NCBI GenBank assembly: GCA_963677485.1
Contig: OY781964.1
Span: 2,304,001 to 2,368,000, forward strand
Reading direction: 5' to 3'
DNA length: 64,000 nucleotides
Source: Armatimonadota bacterium
GTDB taxonomy: Bacteria > Armatimonadota > HRBIN16
Below are positions 30,968-39,918 of this stretch, one piece after another. The translations under genes were made by a program, and so were the position numbers. How positions within the stretch are numbered: position 1 is the first letter of the stretch; every line of letters begins with the position of its first letter. The notes below the pieces were generated by a model that was not told the origin of the DNA, made no database searches, and was given only the letters and a program-made list of their open reading frames with translations.

Positions 30968-30980
30968 GTACGCTATATAT

Positions 30981-31180
30981 GGTGAGCTCCCCGGACACCA
31001 AAAGCAGTCGGGGAGCTAATCTCACCCCTTAGCTGGGGGTGAAGGAGAAGGATTGGATGCCGGAACCGCCCCTGGTGGAAAACACCGTGACGTAGATAGG
31101 CATCCTTCTCCCAATCAACCCATATCGAACAGTATCTTGGGAGAAAACCCCGTGTTCGCTAGGCTGATTTGGTTGATTGC
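30981..31180 (+). ncRNA. IS110 bridge RNA
   Basis: 5' hairpin; target loop AACCGCCCCT (31064-73)/ACGTAG (31090-95) closed by ggatgcc/ggcatcc; donor loop ACAGTATCT (31129-37)/GCTAG (31158-62) closed by caatcaacc/ggttgattg; ends approximate. Confidence 0.85.
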
Positions 31181-31212
31181 ACCATCAATCACTACCAACT
31201 GGAGATTACCAC

Positions 31213-32505
31213 ATGCACGAAGTTGAAGACAAAATCTACATCCATTATGTCGGGATCGACATCTCGAAATTGACGTTTGACGCGTCTGTATTAGGTTCAT
31301 CGCACAAGCCGATAGACCATAAGGAGTTCAAGAACAACAAGGCCGGATACAAGGAGTTGTTGTCATGGGTGAAGAAGCTTACCCGAACTCCCGCCTTGTA
31401 TGCGGCTGAAGCCACCGGGCCTTACAGCCGACCGCTGCTTGATTACCTCTACGAGCACCAGCACGATGCTGTCCAACTGGAGCCAAAACGGGTTCTCTAT
31501 CACCGCAAAGCCAAAGGCTGGGAACAAAAGACGGACTGCTCTGACAGCGTGCTAATCGCTGACTATGTGAAAAGTCACAATGTCTCACTCTATGTCCCTC
31601 GTCTAGCATGCTATGATGCGCTTATTGGTTACACCAATGACCGCCGTATGCTGGTGCAACACAGACAGGCGATCGCCCAGCGCCAAAGCTGTCGGCTTAC
31701 GCGGAGCACAGTGCTGGACGAGATGATCGCTTTTCATGACATGGGCATCAAAAAGCTTGATGTTCAGATCAAAGAGCTTGTGATGAGTTCACCGCAGATG
31801 ACCGAAGATATGGCTCTGCTGAAGAGCATTCCGGGTATCGGCGACGTCACAGCAAGCTATTTCCTTGCGAAAATCGGTGATGCTAAACGATTTGAAACAT
31901 CGAAAGCGGTCGCGCGCTATTTCGGAATGAACCCCTGCCCGCAACGGTCAGGAAGCTGCAAGACATACGACGGCTCCATATCCAAGATGGGTGACCGATA
32001 TATGCGGACATTACTCTACTGTGGATCGAGCACTGTGGTGAAGATGGTCAACGGTAAGTCGAAAAAGCTTGGCCAGAGCATGCACGACTTCGTGAAGGAA
32101 CTGCAGCATCCGAATTTGGTAAAGAATCCCAATAAGAAACCGAAGTCCAAGCGAGTTGTCCGGTGCGCAATCATGCGCAAGCAGCTGGTGCTCATGTGGT
32201 CGGTATTAATCAGCCGTCAGCCATATGATCCAAACTTCGGCATCGAACAAGCTTCAAATGCGGCCAACCAGCAACCGCTGACCGACGCGAACGGACATGT
32301 CCAGGATCGTGCCGGAGCGGCCCATGATATAGCCGGTGTAGGCAATGATCCTGGGCTGGACGTGAGCGTTCCAAGACGGGGATGCGTGGATGGAAATCCC
32401 ACCAATGAGCCCACTCCTGCCGGCGGTGGTCGGCCCGCATCCCGAAACCGGCCATCGCGCAGTCGGGTGGGCAACAAACCGAGGGTTCTGACACCAGTAT
32501 CCTAG
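31213..32505 (+). CDS. IS110 family DEDD recombinase/transposase
   Basis: YVGIDISK, EATG, KTD..D, SIPGIG, QRSGS (catalytic Ser), ISKMG.R..R..LY; GGAG RBS. Confidence 0.95.
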   Translation: MHEVEDKIYIHYVGIDISKLTFDASVLGSSHKPIDHKEFKNNKAGYKELLSWVKKLTRTPALYAAEATGPYSRPLLDYLYEHQHDAVQLEPKRVLYHRKAKGWEQKTDCSDSVLIADYVKSHNVSLYVPRLACYDALIGYTNDRRMLVQHRQAIAQRQSCRLTRSTVLDEMIAFHDMGIKKLDVQIKELVMSSPQMTEDMALLKSIPGIGDVTASYFLAKIGDAKRFETSKAVARYFGMNPCPQRSGSCKTYDGSISKMGDRYMRTLLYCGSSTVVKMVNGKSKKLGQSMHDFVKELQHPNLVKNPNKKPKSKRVVRCAIMRKQLVLMWSVLISRQPYDPNFGIEQASNAANQQPLTDANGHVQDRAGAAHDIAGVGNDPGLDVSVPRRGCVDGNPTNEPTPAGGGRPASRNRPSRSRVGNKPRVLTPVS

Positions 32506-32915
32506 CTGCGGCAGTCTGCCGATAGCACGCATCGAAGCATAACGATATCTTTCGAAGCCACGAAGATGTCGCACGTCCGTTCGCGACTCCGAGCGTCATG
32601 TGAGGTGCTACGGACCAACTGATGCCATCTGAGCCTGTTTCTGTCGCGGATCCAGGTTTGGTCTATATGCCACAAACATCACATTAACGTTATTCTACGT
32701 GGTCTAGAGCCAGTGTCTGATATTCAGGTCCAAATCCCCAGATTTGCCCCTGGGGACTTGACAAAAGCCACAGTATCTATGTGGCCCCATGCGGGCTGCA
32801 ACGCACTGTATCCCGCGTATCCCCCCAATCTATGCAGGAAACACGGCCTTGCATAGGGAACACTAACCACAACAACACGCCCCATCGGGGTGTGAAACGA
32901 GGGGGATGCACATAG

Positions 32916-35876
32916 ATGCAACCGATCAGTCCGATTATCTGTATGATCACGATGCTGTTTATGGCGATACTAGCCATCGTCACCAGCAAACCCGCAAACG
33001 CCGCAGAAGGCGGCGTGCCTGAGAACTTGTACAAGGGTGAGCTGATCAGCTACCCGGGTGCTTATGCATTTGAGCTGCCAAGAGCCGGCATCATTCTGGT
33101 AAGAGATGCAGACCTTGATGCTCTGCAGGACCCCGACACGGTGGTTGACCTCTCCACCACATTCGACAAATACGACCGCAGCCTGCGCCAAATCTGCGAA
33201 GAAGCGCAGAAGCGAGGCTGCCGCACCCTCATCGTCGCCTACGACCACTTCTTTGAACAATATCGGCCTGGGCAGCACGCCCCGCGTAAATACACCTCAG
33301 ACAGCGATGAGTTCATCACCCGCATCGCCAAGATCGGCGCCTTCGCCCAGAACTACGGGCTGGGGCTTGAGCTCAGCGTGATCAGCCCGCTGGAGCTGGG
33401 TGTGGTGTTTGCTGAGAAGACCGGCCAAAGCGGCAAGTGGGTCCACTACCGCGAAGGCAGCCGCGACCCCTCCACAGGCAACTACAACGTGGCTTTCTGG
33501 CGTCAGAAGGAGTGGACCAACAACAAAGGCATCATCGACATCGTGCCCGATGGCGTCCGCGTGCTGGCTTTCCGGGAAACGGACAAGGAAGGATCCCAGG
33601 ATGTCAATCCTGATGAGATCATCGACATCACCGAGACCTGCAAAGTGGACGAATCCGCCGGCGTGACCAAACAGGGGGCCGGCATCCCCGTGCAGCGCAT
33701 CATCGTCTCCGGCACGGGCCGCACCGACCTGAAAGATTACAACCGCGTGATGGTGATCCAGCGCTACAAAACACCCGAAATGGACTACTTCAGCCCCGAG
33801 GCGTTGAAGTTTATGAAGCAGATCATCGACAAGTACGCCGCCGCCGGTGTCAAACTCAACGCACTTTACAGCGACGAGATGCACATCCAGCAGGACTGGT
33901 CGTATTTTGCGCACCATGACAACGGCGAGTTCGCGCTGCGATACCTCACCGACAACATGGCCGCCCGATATGCGGAGCTGTATGGCGACAAATACCGCGA
34001 TATGGAAAAGATGATGGTCTACATGGCCTCCGGTCAGCACGACATGTCCGTCGGCACCTGGGCGAAGGACACCGACGGCCACGTGTTTGATAAGTCCGCG
34101 GCTGGTGTGGCGGAGACGGCGCTTTTCCGCTCCCGTTACTTCAAGCTGCTTCAGGACCAGGTGACGGATATCTTCGCCGCGGCAAAACACTACGCCGAGG
34201 AGAAGATGGGCCATACCCTGGAATCAAGGGCGCATGCTACTTGGGCAGAGAGCCCCACAATCGACTACGTGGCCAACAAGGGCACGCTGTATGAATACAC
34301 CGACAGCTTCACCTGGAGCTGCACGGTGCATCAAGCCGCGGCGGCCTGCGCCGACTACTTCAAGTGGGGCGATTACCTCACCGGCAACGGCAACGACACC
34401 GCGGAGTGCGGCTTCCTCGACCGCAACTACTGGGGGCTGTCGCTGGCCTGCTCTCTTGGCAGCATCAACGATGTCTCCTGCGCCTATGCCGCGCACTGGG
34501 GCATGCCGGGTGCGGTGCATCAGCGCCGGACGATGCTGGCGGATGCCGTCGGTGCCACGGGGCACTCGCTTTATGGTTCCATACAGGATATGCAGCACCG
34601 AAAGATCGACGTGCTGACGCTGTATCCCATCAACTTGCACGCCTGGGATGAGCGGTTTGGCAGTTGGATGACCCAGTATGCCTATACTAACTACATCACC
34701 CAGCAGAAGCTGCTCGAGTTGGCCAAATGGACGGCGGGCACAGTGGAGGTCCGCGGCTACAAATACACCACCCTTTGCGTGCATTTTGAGCCATTCCCCA
34801 CCAAGAAGCTGCTTCAGCAGATGTCCCGCTTCGTGGATACCGGCGGTAAGCTGGTTTGGAGCGGCCCGATCCCTATTTTGACAGCCGAAGGCGACTCCGC
34901 TCTGCCATACTGGCAAAGCCTGTTCGGCGTGACGGTCGATGAGAAGACCGTTCTGGGCGACATCGCCTGCGGACGGCGCGTCAGCTTCGAGGGCACCCTC
35001 GCCGGGCTGCAGGAGATGACCATCCTGACCGACAAAGTGGTGGACCGCATCTACAGCGTAGCCCCTCGCCCCGGCACTCAAGTAGTGGCCAAGCTGATGG
35101 GCAAAACCATCGGAACATACAAGGCAGGCAAGAACGGTGGAATGGCGATCTTCCTGGGTTTCCGCCCGCGAGACGACCAGGCCGCCAGCCTTGGCTACGA
35201 AACCCGCGTCTGGTTTGATGTGCTGAACCGGATCAACGCCTACCCCTCAACCGGTAAGTATGCCGGGATCAATGACAACCCGGAATACGTAAGCCGGAAC
35301 AGCGAATACTTCGCCAACCGCTTCCCGAACGGCGCGGTGATGATCGTGCCGCACCTGAAGGACCTGGTGGAAGACTGGGATGCTAACTTCGCGCGTGATG
35401 CCAAGAAGGATGCCGAGATCATGAAGGGGCTGGACATGCCCTCCGCCGAGATGAAGTTCAAGGACTACCATGTGGATGGTCACGTCATCAACGGAACAGT
35501 CAGCGACGGTCTGTGCTTCAAGCTGGGGCAGGACGGTCAGTTGGTGGCCATCTCAGCCGGTATGATCAGCGAGCTCAGCATCGACGGACGCAAGTGGAAG
35601 CTGACCGAGAAGCCGGTGGAGCAGATCGCCTTCACCATGGTGTCCAAGGAACGCAAGGTGCCATCCGGTGCGGTGAGCATGCTGCGCATACAGGCAGCCG
35701 AGGGAGCGACCGCCACTATTCCGGCCTCGTTGGTGCCAGAGGGGGCCAAACTCTACGCTCAAGGCGCGCAACCCGGCAGCAAGGGCGATGAGATCGCCTA
35801 CAGCCGCAAGGGCAGCACCGTGGTCGTGAAGATGGACGCCAAGTACAGCCGCCGTTGGCTGTATTTCGTGAAGTAG
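32916..35876 (+). CDS. Large secreted hypothetical protein, possibly glycoside hydrolase-like
   Basis: 986 aa with strong host codon bias; signal peptide ANA-AEGG; MDYFSP, YSDEMH; exact start uncertain. Confidence 0.6.
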   Translation: MQPISPIICMITMLFMAILAIVTSKPANAAEGGVPENLYKGELISYPGAYAFELPRAGIILVRDADLDALQDPDTVVDLSTTFDKYDRSLRQICEEAQKRGCRTLIVAYDHFFEQYRPGQHAPRKYTSDSDEFITRIAKIGAFAQNYGLGLELSVISPLELGVVFAEKTGQSGKWVHYREGSRDPSTGNYNVAFWRQKEWTNNKGIIDIVPDGVRVLAFRETDKEGSQDVNPDEIIDITETCKVDESAGVTKQGAGIPVQRIIVSGTGRTDLKDYNRVMVIQRYKTPEMDYFSPEALKFMKQIIDKYAAAGVKLNALYSDEMHIQQDWSYFAHHDNGEFALRYLTDNMAARYAELYGDKYRDMEKMMVYMASGQHDMSVGTWAKDTDGHVFDKSAAGVAETALFRSRYFKLLQDQVTDIFAAAKHYAEEKMGHTLESRAHATWAESPTIDYVANKGTLYEYTDSFTWSCTVHQAAAACADYFKWGDYLTGNGNDTAECGFLDRNYWGLSLACSLGSINDVSCAYAAHWGMPGAVHQRRTMLADAVGATGHSLYGSIQDMQHRKIDVLTLYPINLHAWDERFGSWMTQYAYTNYITQQKLLELAKWTAGTVEVRGYKYTTLCVHFEPFPTKKLLQQMSRFVDTGGKLVWSGPIPILTAEGDSALPYWQSLFGVTVDEKTVLGDIACGRRVSFEGTLAGLQEMTILTDKVVDRIYSVAPRPGTQVVAKLMGKTIGTYKAGKNGGMAIFLGFRPRDDQAASLGYETRVWFDVLNRINAYPSTGKYAGINDNPEYVSRNSEYFANRFPNGAVMIVPHLKDLVEDWDANFARDAKKDAEIMKGLDMPSAEMKFKDYHVDGHVINGTVSDGLCFKLGQDGQLVAISAGMISELSIDGRKWKLTEKPVEQIAFTMVSKERKVPSGAVSMLRIQAAEGATATIPASLVPEGAKLYAQGAQPGSKGDEIAYSRKGSTVVVKMDAKYSRRWLYFVK

Positions 35877-35897
35877 GAAATCGATCCGAAATGCCTA

Positions 35898-36545
35898 AGA
35901 CCGGGGCGGTGTGGGAATGTCGCTCCGGTCTTAGGCATTAACCACGAATGGTCACGAATGGCTTGAATGCATCCACCGGTTACGCTGATACCGCAGATTA
36001 TGCGATCTGGAGTGGCTATGTCCGGGGCGGTCTGACAGTACGCTAGCGGCTGCAGAAGGCTCAAGACCGCGCCGGTCTGGCGGATAGCCCGAAGTCAATC
36101 GTCACGCCTTGAAAAAGACCGGCGCGGTTAGGGGAAAACCGCCCCGGACTTTGGCAATCCAGACCGGTTGGGGAACATCCCGCCGGTTTTTCTTTATGAA
36201 CCACGAATGGACACGAATAGACACGAATGGCTTGAATGCATCCACCGGTTACGCCGATACCACAAATCAAGTTTGGCTGGTGCGGTCTGGAATGGCTATG
36301 TCCGGGGCGGTCTGACGGTACGCTATCGGCTACAGAAGGCTCAAGACCGCGCCGGTCTGGCGGATAGCCCGAAACCAATCGTCACGCCTCGAACAAGACC
36401 GGCGCGGTTAGGGAAAACCGCCCCGGACATAGGCAATCAAGACCGGCGCGGTTAGGGGAAAACCGCCCCGGACTTTGGCAATCAAGACCGGCGCGGTTAG
36501 GGAAAACCGCCCCGGACATTGGCAATCAAAACCGCCCCGGACGGT
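35898..36545. repeat. Composite repeat cluster (R1 plus cacgaat repeats)
   Basis: Two roughly 280-nt modules plus 42-43-nt tandem units. Confidence 0.9.
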
Positions 36546-36576
36546 GGCAAAATAGACCCGCGCAGCCGAAAAGCGG

Positions 36577-38142
36577 TTACTCGCCTAGCAGACGCTGCAG
36601 CTCTGCGGTGTATTCGCGCACGATCAGCTCGATGCGCTGGGGGTTGGCGGGCATGCGGTTGTTGCCATACTGGCGCTCTACGTCGGGGGCCATGCGCAGC
36701 AGTAGTTGGAGGCTTTTATGCGCTTTCAACCCAATCACGGTGCGTTCCTCCACGGAACTGCCATTGGCGAGCATGTTGCGCAACTGAACGATGCGTAAAA
36801 GGGCGATCTGCTGCAGTTCCGCTACATCCGCACTCGTCTTCATCAACTCAAACTGCTGCTTCAACAGGGCCGCGTTTTCGGCGGAAAGACATGGTCCCAG
36901 GGCCGTCAACTCATCAACGCTTCGTCGGCACAGTTCCCTTGCCAGCTCCTTTTCGGAGTGGAGTTCGAGGATGATGTCGTCATTGGGGTTTTGAAGCCGT
37001 TGGTACTGGTAGATCAAATGTGGGCTGGAGACCCAGCCTGCCATCGCAAAGGAGATGTCGCTGATATGCGCGGTACCGTGTGCGAGTGAACTGAGCTGAG
37101 AGTGTTCTGTCAGCCAGTGGTTCAGCGGGAACATGATGCGGTTCACGATGTCGAAACTGCGAGCCAGAATACGCGCGACCTCTGCGCCGGCTTCCGTGCC
37201 AAAACGCTCGATGCACCAGTTTTGATATAACTGCTCCGCCGTGCTGTCTGTGCCTTGCACCATCTGGTTATAGACCGAAATGTTGGCTTCGTTCAGGGTG
37301 CCGAATGCGTGCGATGAGTACCGTTCCACTCTCGCCACCATGCCGATGACCGCTTGCTGTTCACAATACTCCAGCGTATTCCCGATGGTGTGGTGCATCA
37401 TATATGGCATGGTGCTGCGCCCGGTGAACTCGTTACCCAGGTCCATCTCCACTACCATCTTCATGCCGTTGCAGTTGCCGATGAAGGGGTGGAATGGGAA
37501 ATAGGGGTGCCAGTCATACGGCACGTATTTTTCCATCACAAACAGGTTTTGCCTGTTGCCCAGACGTTTGGCGATGATCGCTAAGGCGCGCTCCATCATA
37601 CGCAGCTCGTCGGGCCCCCAAACAAAGGGCCTAAGGAAAAGGGGCCGCCGTTTACGTTCGCAAACGTTGCTGATGGCTTCAGTGATACGGGCCACACGTT
37701 CTACAGGCGGTAGTTCGGAGATGACGCCTTCGTCTTGGTAAAGACTCACTTCGGATTCGGCAAAAGTCAGCACGATACCGTCTAGTTCAGGCAAGACACC
37801 GAAAAGGCGATCATATTTCCGCTCAATGTAACGCTGAAGCTCAGGAACAAACTTGACTTTGCCACCCACGGTGAACTGCTCCGGCACACGGCAGAGTTCG
37901 TGTGTCCAGATGTCTACCTTCAGACCATGCTGGTGCGCCAGTGCTATGCAGTCACTCACCAGTTGCCGCTTGGCCTCCGCGCCGGGTTCGTCCAGCAGTT
38001 CGTCGGCGCGCATGATGATGCCATGAGAGAGTTGAATTCGGTTCATGCCGCTTTGGGCTGCCAGAGGGATCGCCGTTTGCAAATAGCCCCAGTCAGAATC
38101 CTGGAACTGCCAGGCTCTCATCTCCATGGTGCTGTTACTCAT
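36577..38142 (-). CDS. Hypothetical TIM-barrel protein (GH20/GH67-like)
   Basis: GMNRIQLSH, AHQHGLKV, PELDGIVLTFAE, DW..Y.PFHP, VEMDLGNEF.G; GGAGG RBS. Confidence 0.5.
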   Translation of the reverse strand: MSNSTMEMRAWQFQDSDWGYLQTAIPLAAQSGMNRIQLSHGIIMRADELLDEPGAEAKRQLVSDCIALAHQHGLKVDIWTHELCRVPEQFTVGGKVKFVPELQRYIERKYDRLFGVLPELDGIVLTFAESEVSLYQDEGVISELPPVERVARITEAISNVCERKRRPLFLRPFVWGPDELRMMERALAIIAKRLGNRQNLFVMEKYVPYDWHPYFPFHPFIGNCNGMKMVVEMDLGNEFTGRSTMPYMMHHTIGNTLEYCEQQAVIGMVARVERYSSHAFGTLNEANISVYNQMVQGTDSTAEQLYQNWCIERFGTEAGAEVARILARSFDIVNRIMFPLNHWLTEHSQLSSLAHGTAHISDISFAMAGWVSSPHLIYQYQRLQNPNDDIILELHSEKELARELCRRSVDELTALGPCLSAENAALLKQQFELMKTSADVAELQQIALLRIVQLRNMLANGSSVEERTVIGLKAHKSLQLLLRMAPDVERQYGNNRMPANPQRIELIVREYTAELQRLLGE

Positions 38143-38290
38143 TGTCGCCTCCGCGCGTTTGCCATCTGAAGGTATTTTACGGCTATCTGGCCGGTGTGTG
38201 CCATCTGTGTGAACGATGGAACTAGTTGGTAGTTCCGACAGTCTAATTTCCTGTGGTTAACTGATTATCGCGTGCACGATATCCGTTATC

Positions 38291-38328
38291 ATAAAAGCCC
38301 CGTCAGAACTGGTGATTCTGACGGGGCT
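38291..38328 (-). terminator. Rho-independent terminator of the tRNA operon
   Basis: agccccgtcagaa-7nt-ttctgacggggct followed by a T-run on the minus strand. Confidence 0.75.
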
Positions 38329-38347
38329 AATGATTGCAAAAAGGAAA

Positions 38348-38423
38348 TGGAGCGGGAGACGGGGCTCGAACCCGCGACCTTCTGCATGGCAAGCAGATGC
38401 TCTACCAACTGAGCTACTCCCGC
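38348..38423 (-). tRNA. tRNA-Gly(GCC)
   Basis: GCGGGAGTAGCTCAGTTGGTAGAGC..TCTGC-TTGCCAT-GCAGA..GGTTCGAG..CCA. Confidence 0.97.
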
Positions 38424-38457
38424 CCGCGTGGGCGGCTTCGTATTCGGAACGTCAAAA

Positions 38458-38533
38458 TGGAGCGGGAGACGGGGCTCGAACCCGCGACCTTCTGCATGGC
38501 AAGCAGATGCTCTACCAACTGAGCTACTCCCGC
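38458..38533 (-). tRNA. tRNA-Gly(GCC), identical second copy
   Basis: Identical 76-nt sequence. Confidence 0.97.
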
Positions 38534-38546
38534 CCGACGGACTATA

Positions 38547-38631
38547 TGGTGGGCGAGAGGAGACTTGAACTCCTACGCCTTGCGGCACTAGATCCTAAAT
38601 CTAGCGTGTATACCAATTTCACCACTCGCCC
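38547..38631 (-). tRNA. tRNA-Leu(TAG)
   Basis: CTAGA-TTTAGGA-TCTAG anticodon arm, long variable arm, GTTCAA, encoded CCA. Confidence 0.97.
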
Positions 38632-38651
38632 AAAGCCGAACAGCATGAAAT

Positions 38652-38680
38652 AGTATACGAAGGCTAGCCGAAAAAGTCAA
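38652..38680 (-). promoter_or_regulatory. sigma70 promoter of the tRNA operon
   Basis: TTGACT-17nt-TATACT on the minus strand. Confidence 0.8.
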
Positions 38681-38810
38681 GTGCCCGCCTTCCTTCTCAA
38701 TCTACACCCCATAAATTCCGTACTAATAAGGTGATGAGTGGGGTACAGTAATGAAGTAATATGGTCTACTCATGGAAGAGTTCATTACACGCACGGAAAG
38801 GCGGTCCACT

Positions 38811-39518
38811 ATGCGAAGCACAGACTACTCGGATCTCGTTGACAAACAGATGATGGAAGCGATCCTCCGCAGCCGGATTGAAGAGGCGGGTTCGTCAGAA
38901 GAACACAAAGAAGTTGAGAAAGCGGTGATCACATTTTCGCGGGAGAGCTGGGCGCTAGGCGATGAGGTGCTTCAACTTTTAATGACAATGCTGCCCGCGA
39001 CATGGAAATACTGGGACAAAGAGATACTCAACTGGATAGCGGTGCATGCTGGCGAAAAAGTCAGCGATGTCTCTCGGATAGACGACGCTCACGATTCGCA
39101 GATTTCATCGACCATGCGTCATCTCATGGGGATCGGAGACATGGAGCCGCTGAAATACAAAAAATACCTCATGCGTGCGATTCGAGTGATTGCCAAAGAG
39201 GGAAAATCTGTGATCGTAGGCCGCGGTGCCAACCTCGTCTTGCCTCTTTCGCTGAATGTGAGGATCGTCAGTCAGTATGAGAACCGCGTCCAACGTTGTG
39301 TCAGTGGGAGCGGAATCACTGAGAAAGAGGCGCGAAAGCAGATTTCTGAGAAAGACAAGTTACGGGAATGCTTTATCCACCGGATTTACAATCGCGATAT
39401 TCATGATGTGAACACCTACGATGTGTTATTCTGCACCGACCACCTGGCCCCAGAGCAGGTTGCCAGGAGCATCTATGAACTGGCAGTTCAACTGTGGGAA
39501 AGCAAGCATCTGTTATAA
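38811..39518 (+). CDS. Cytidylate kinase-like family protein
   Basis: VITFSRE...GDEV, DKEIL, VIVGRGAN.VL, D..R..FI...Y, YD....T; alternative start 38772. Confidence 0.8.
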   Translation: MRSTDYSDLVDKQMMEAILRSRIEEAGSSEEHKEVEKAVITFSRESWALGDEVLQLLMTMLPATWKYWDKEILNWIAVHAGEKVSDVSRIDDAHDSQISSTMRHLMGIGDMEPLKYKKYLMRAIRVIAKEGKSVIVGRGANLVLPLSLNVRIVSQYENRVQRCVSGSGITEKEARKQISEKDKLRECFIHRIYNRDIHDVNTYDVLFCTDHLAPEQVARSIYELAVQLWESKHLL

Positions 39519-39759
39519 AGGCATTTCGGATACGGCGTAATACACAACAGCCGCACTCCAAGTTGCATGACACTGAAGTCAACCACACCTACCTCCGCCA
39601 AGGGGTAGGCGTGGCGTTTTTGGTTTTTGTAGCTCGCCCATCGCTACCCTTTCCCAGCCGGTATCCCGCACGAAACCAAGTCCACATGCGTGTTGAATTC
39701 GATTTATTACTCTTTTCTTGCTATCCGACCGACTCCAGTTCATCTTAGCCAGATATTAC

Positions 39760-39828
39760 TTGACATATGCTCAGCGAGTGGGCAATCATTAAACGAGTAC
39801 TCACTGAGTAAGGGCTCATTTTTGAGCC
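39760..39828 (+). promoter_or_regulatory. Efflux operon promoter with putative palindromic operator
   Basis: TTGACA 39760-65; TACTCA-c-TGAGTA 39798-39810 and related tgctcagcgagt 39768-79. Confidence 0.45.
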
Positions 39829-39918
39829 AGTACAGAGGCCGTTGGTCACAGAACGCTAGACCTAAAACATCAAGATGATAACCATACATTTCAACCTGCA
39901 TAGAGGGGAACGAAATAG

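Larger units (their letters stand above)
30965..32779 (+). mobile_element. Complete IS110-family (IS621-like) insertion sequence
   Basis: CTA duplicated at 30965-30967 and 32777-32779; no TIRs; joining the ends gives TTGACA-17-TACGCT; DEDD recombinase and bridge RNA inside. Confidence 0.9.

Noticed and set aside
31064-31073. Bridge RNA targeting the abundant R1 repeat (aaccgccccg)
   Set aside because: R1 matches the left guide but has CG-GAC instead of the CT core and does not match the right guide; GTAG-type REPs fit both guides
38348-38533. Duplicate tRNA-Gly as an attL/attR pair of an integrated element
   Set aside because: Both copies are full length, 34 nt apart within one operon, with no integrase nearby
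38289-38653. ORFs 38289-38588, 38312-38653 and 38334-38522
   Set aside because: They are translations of the tRNA genes
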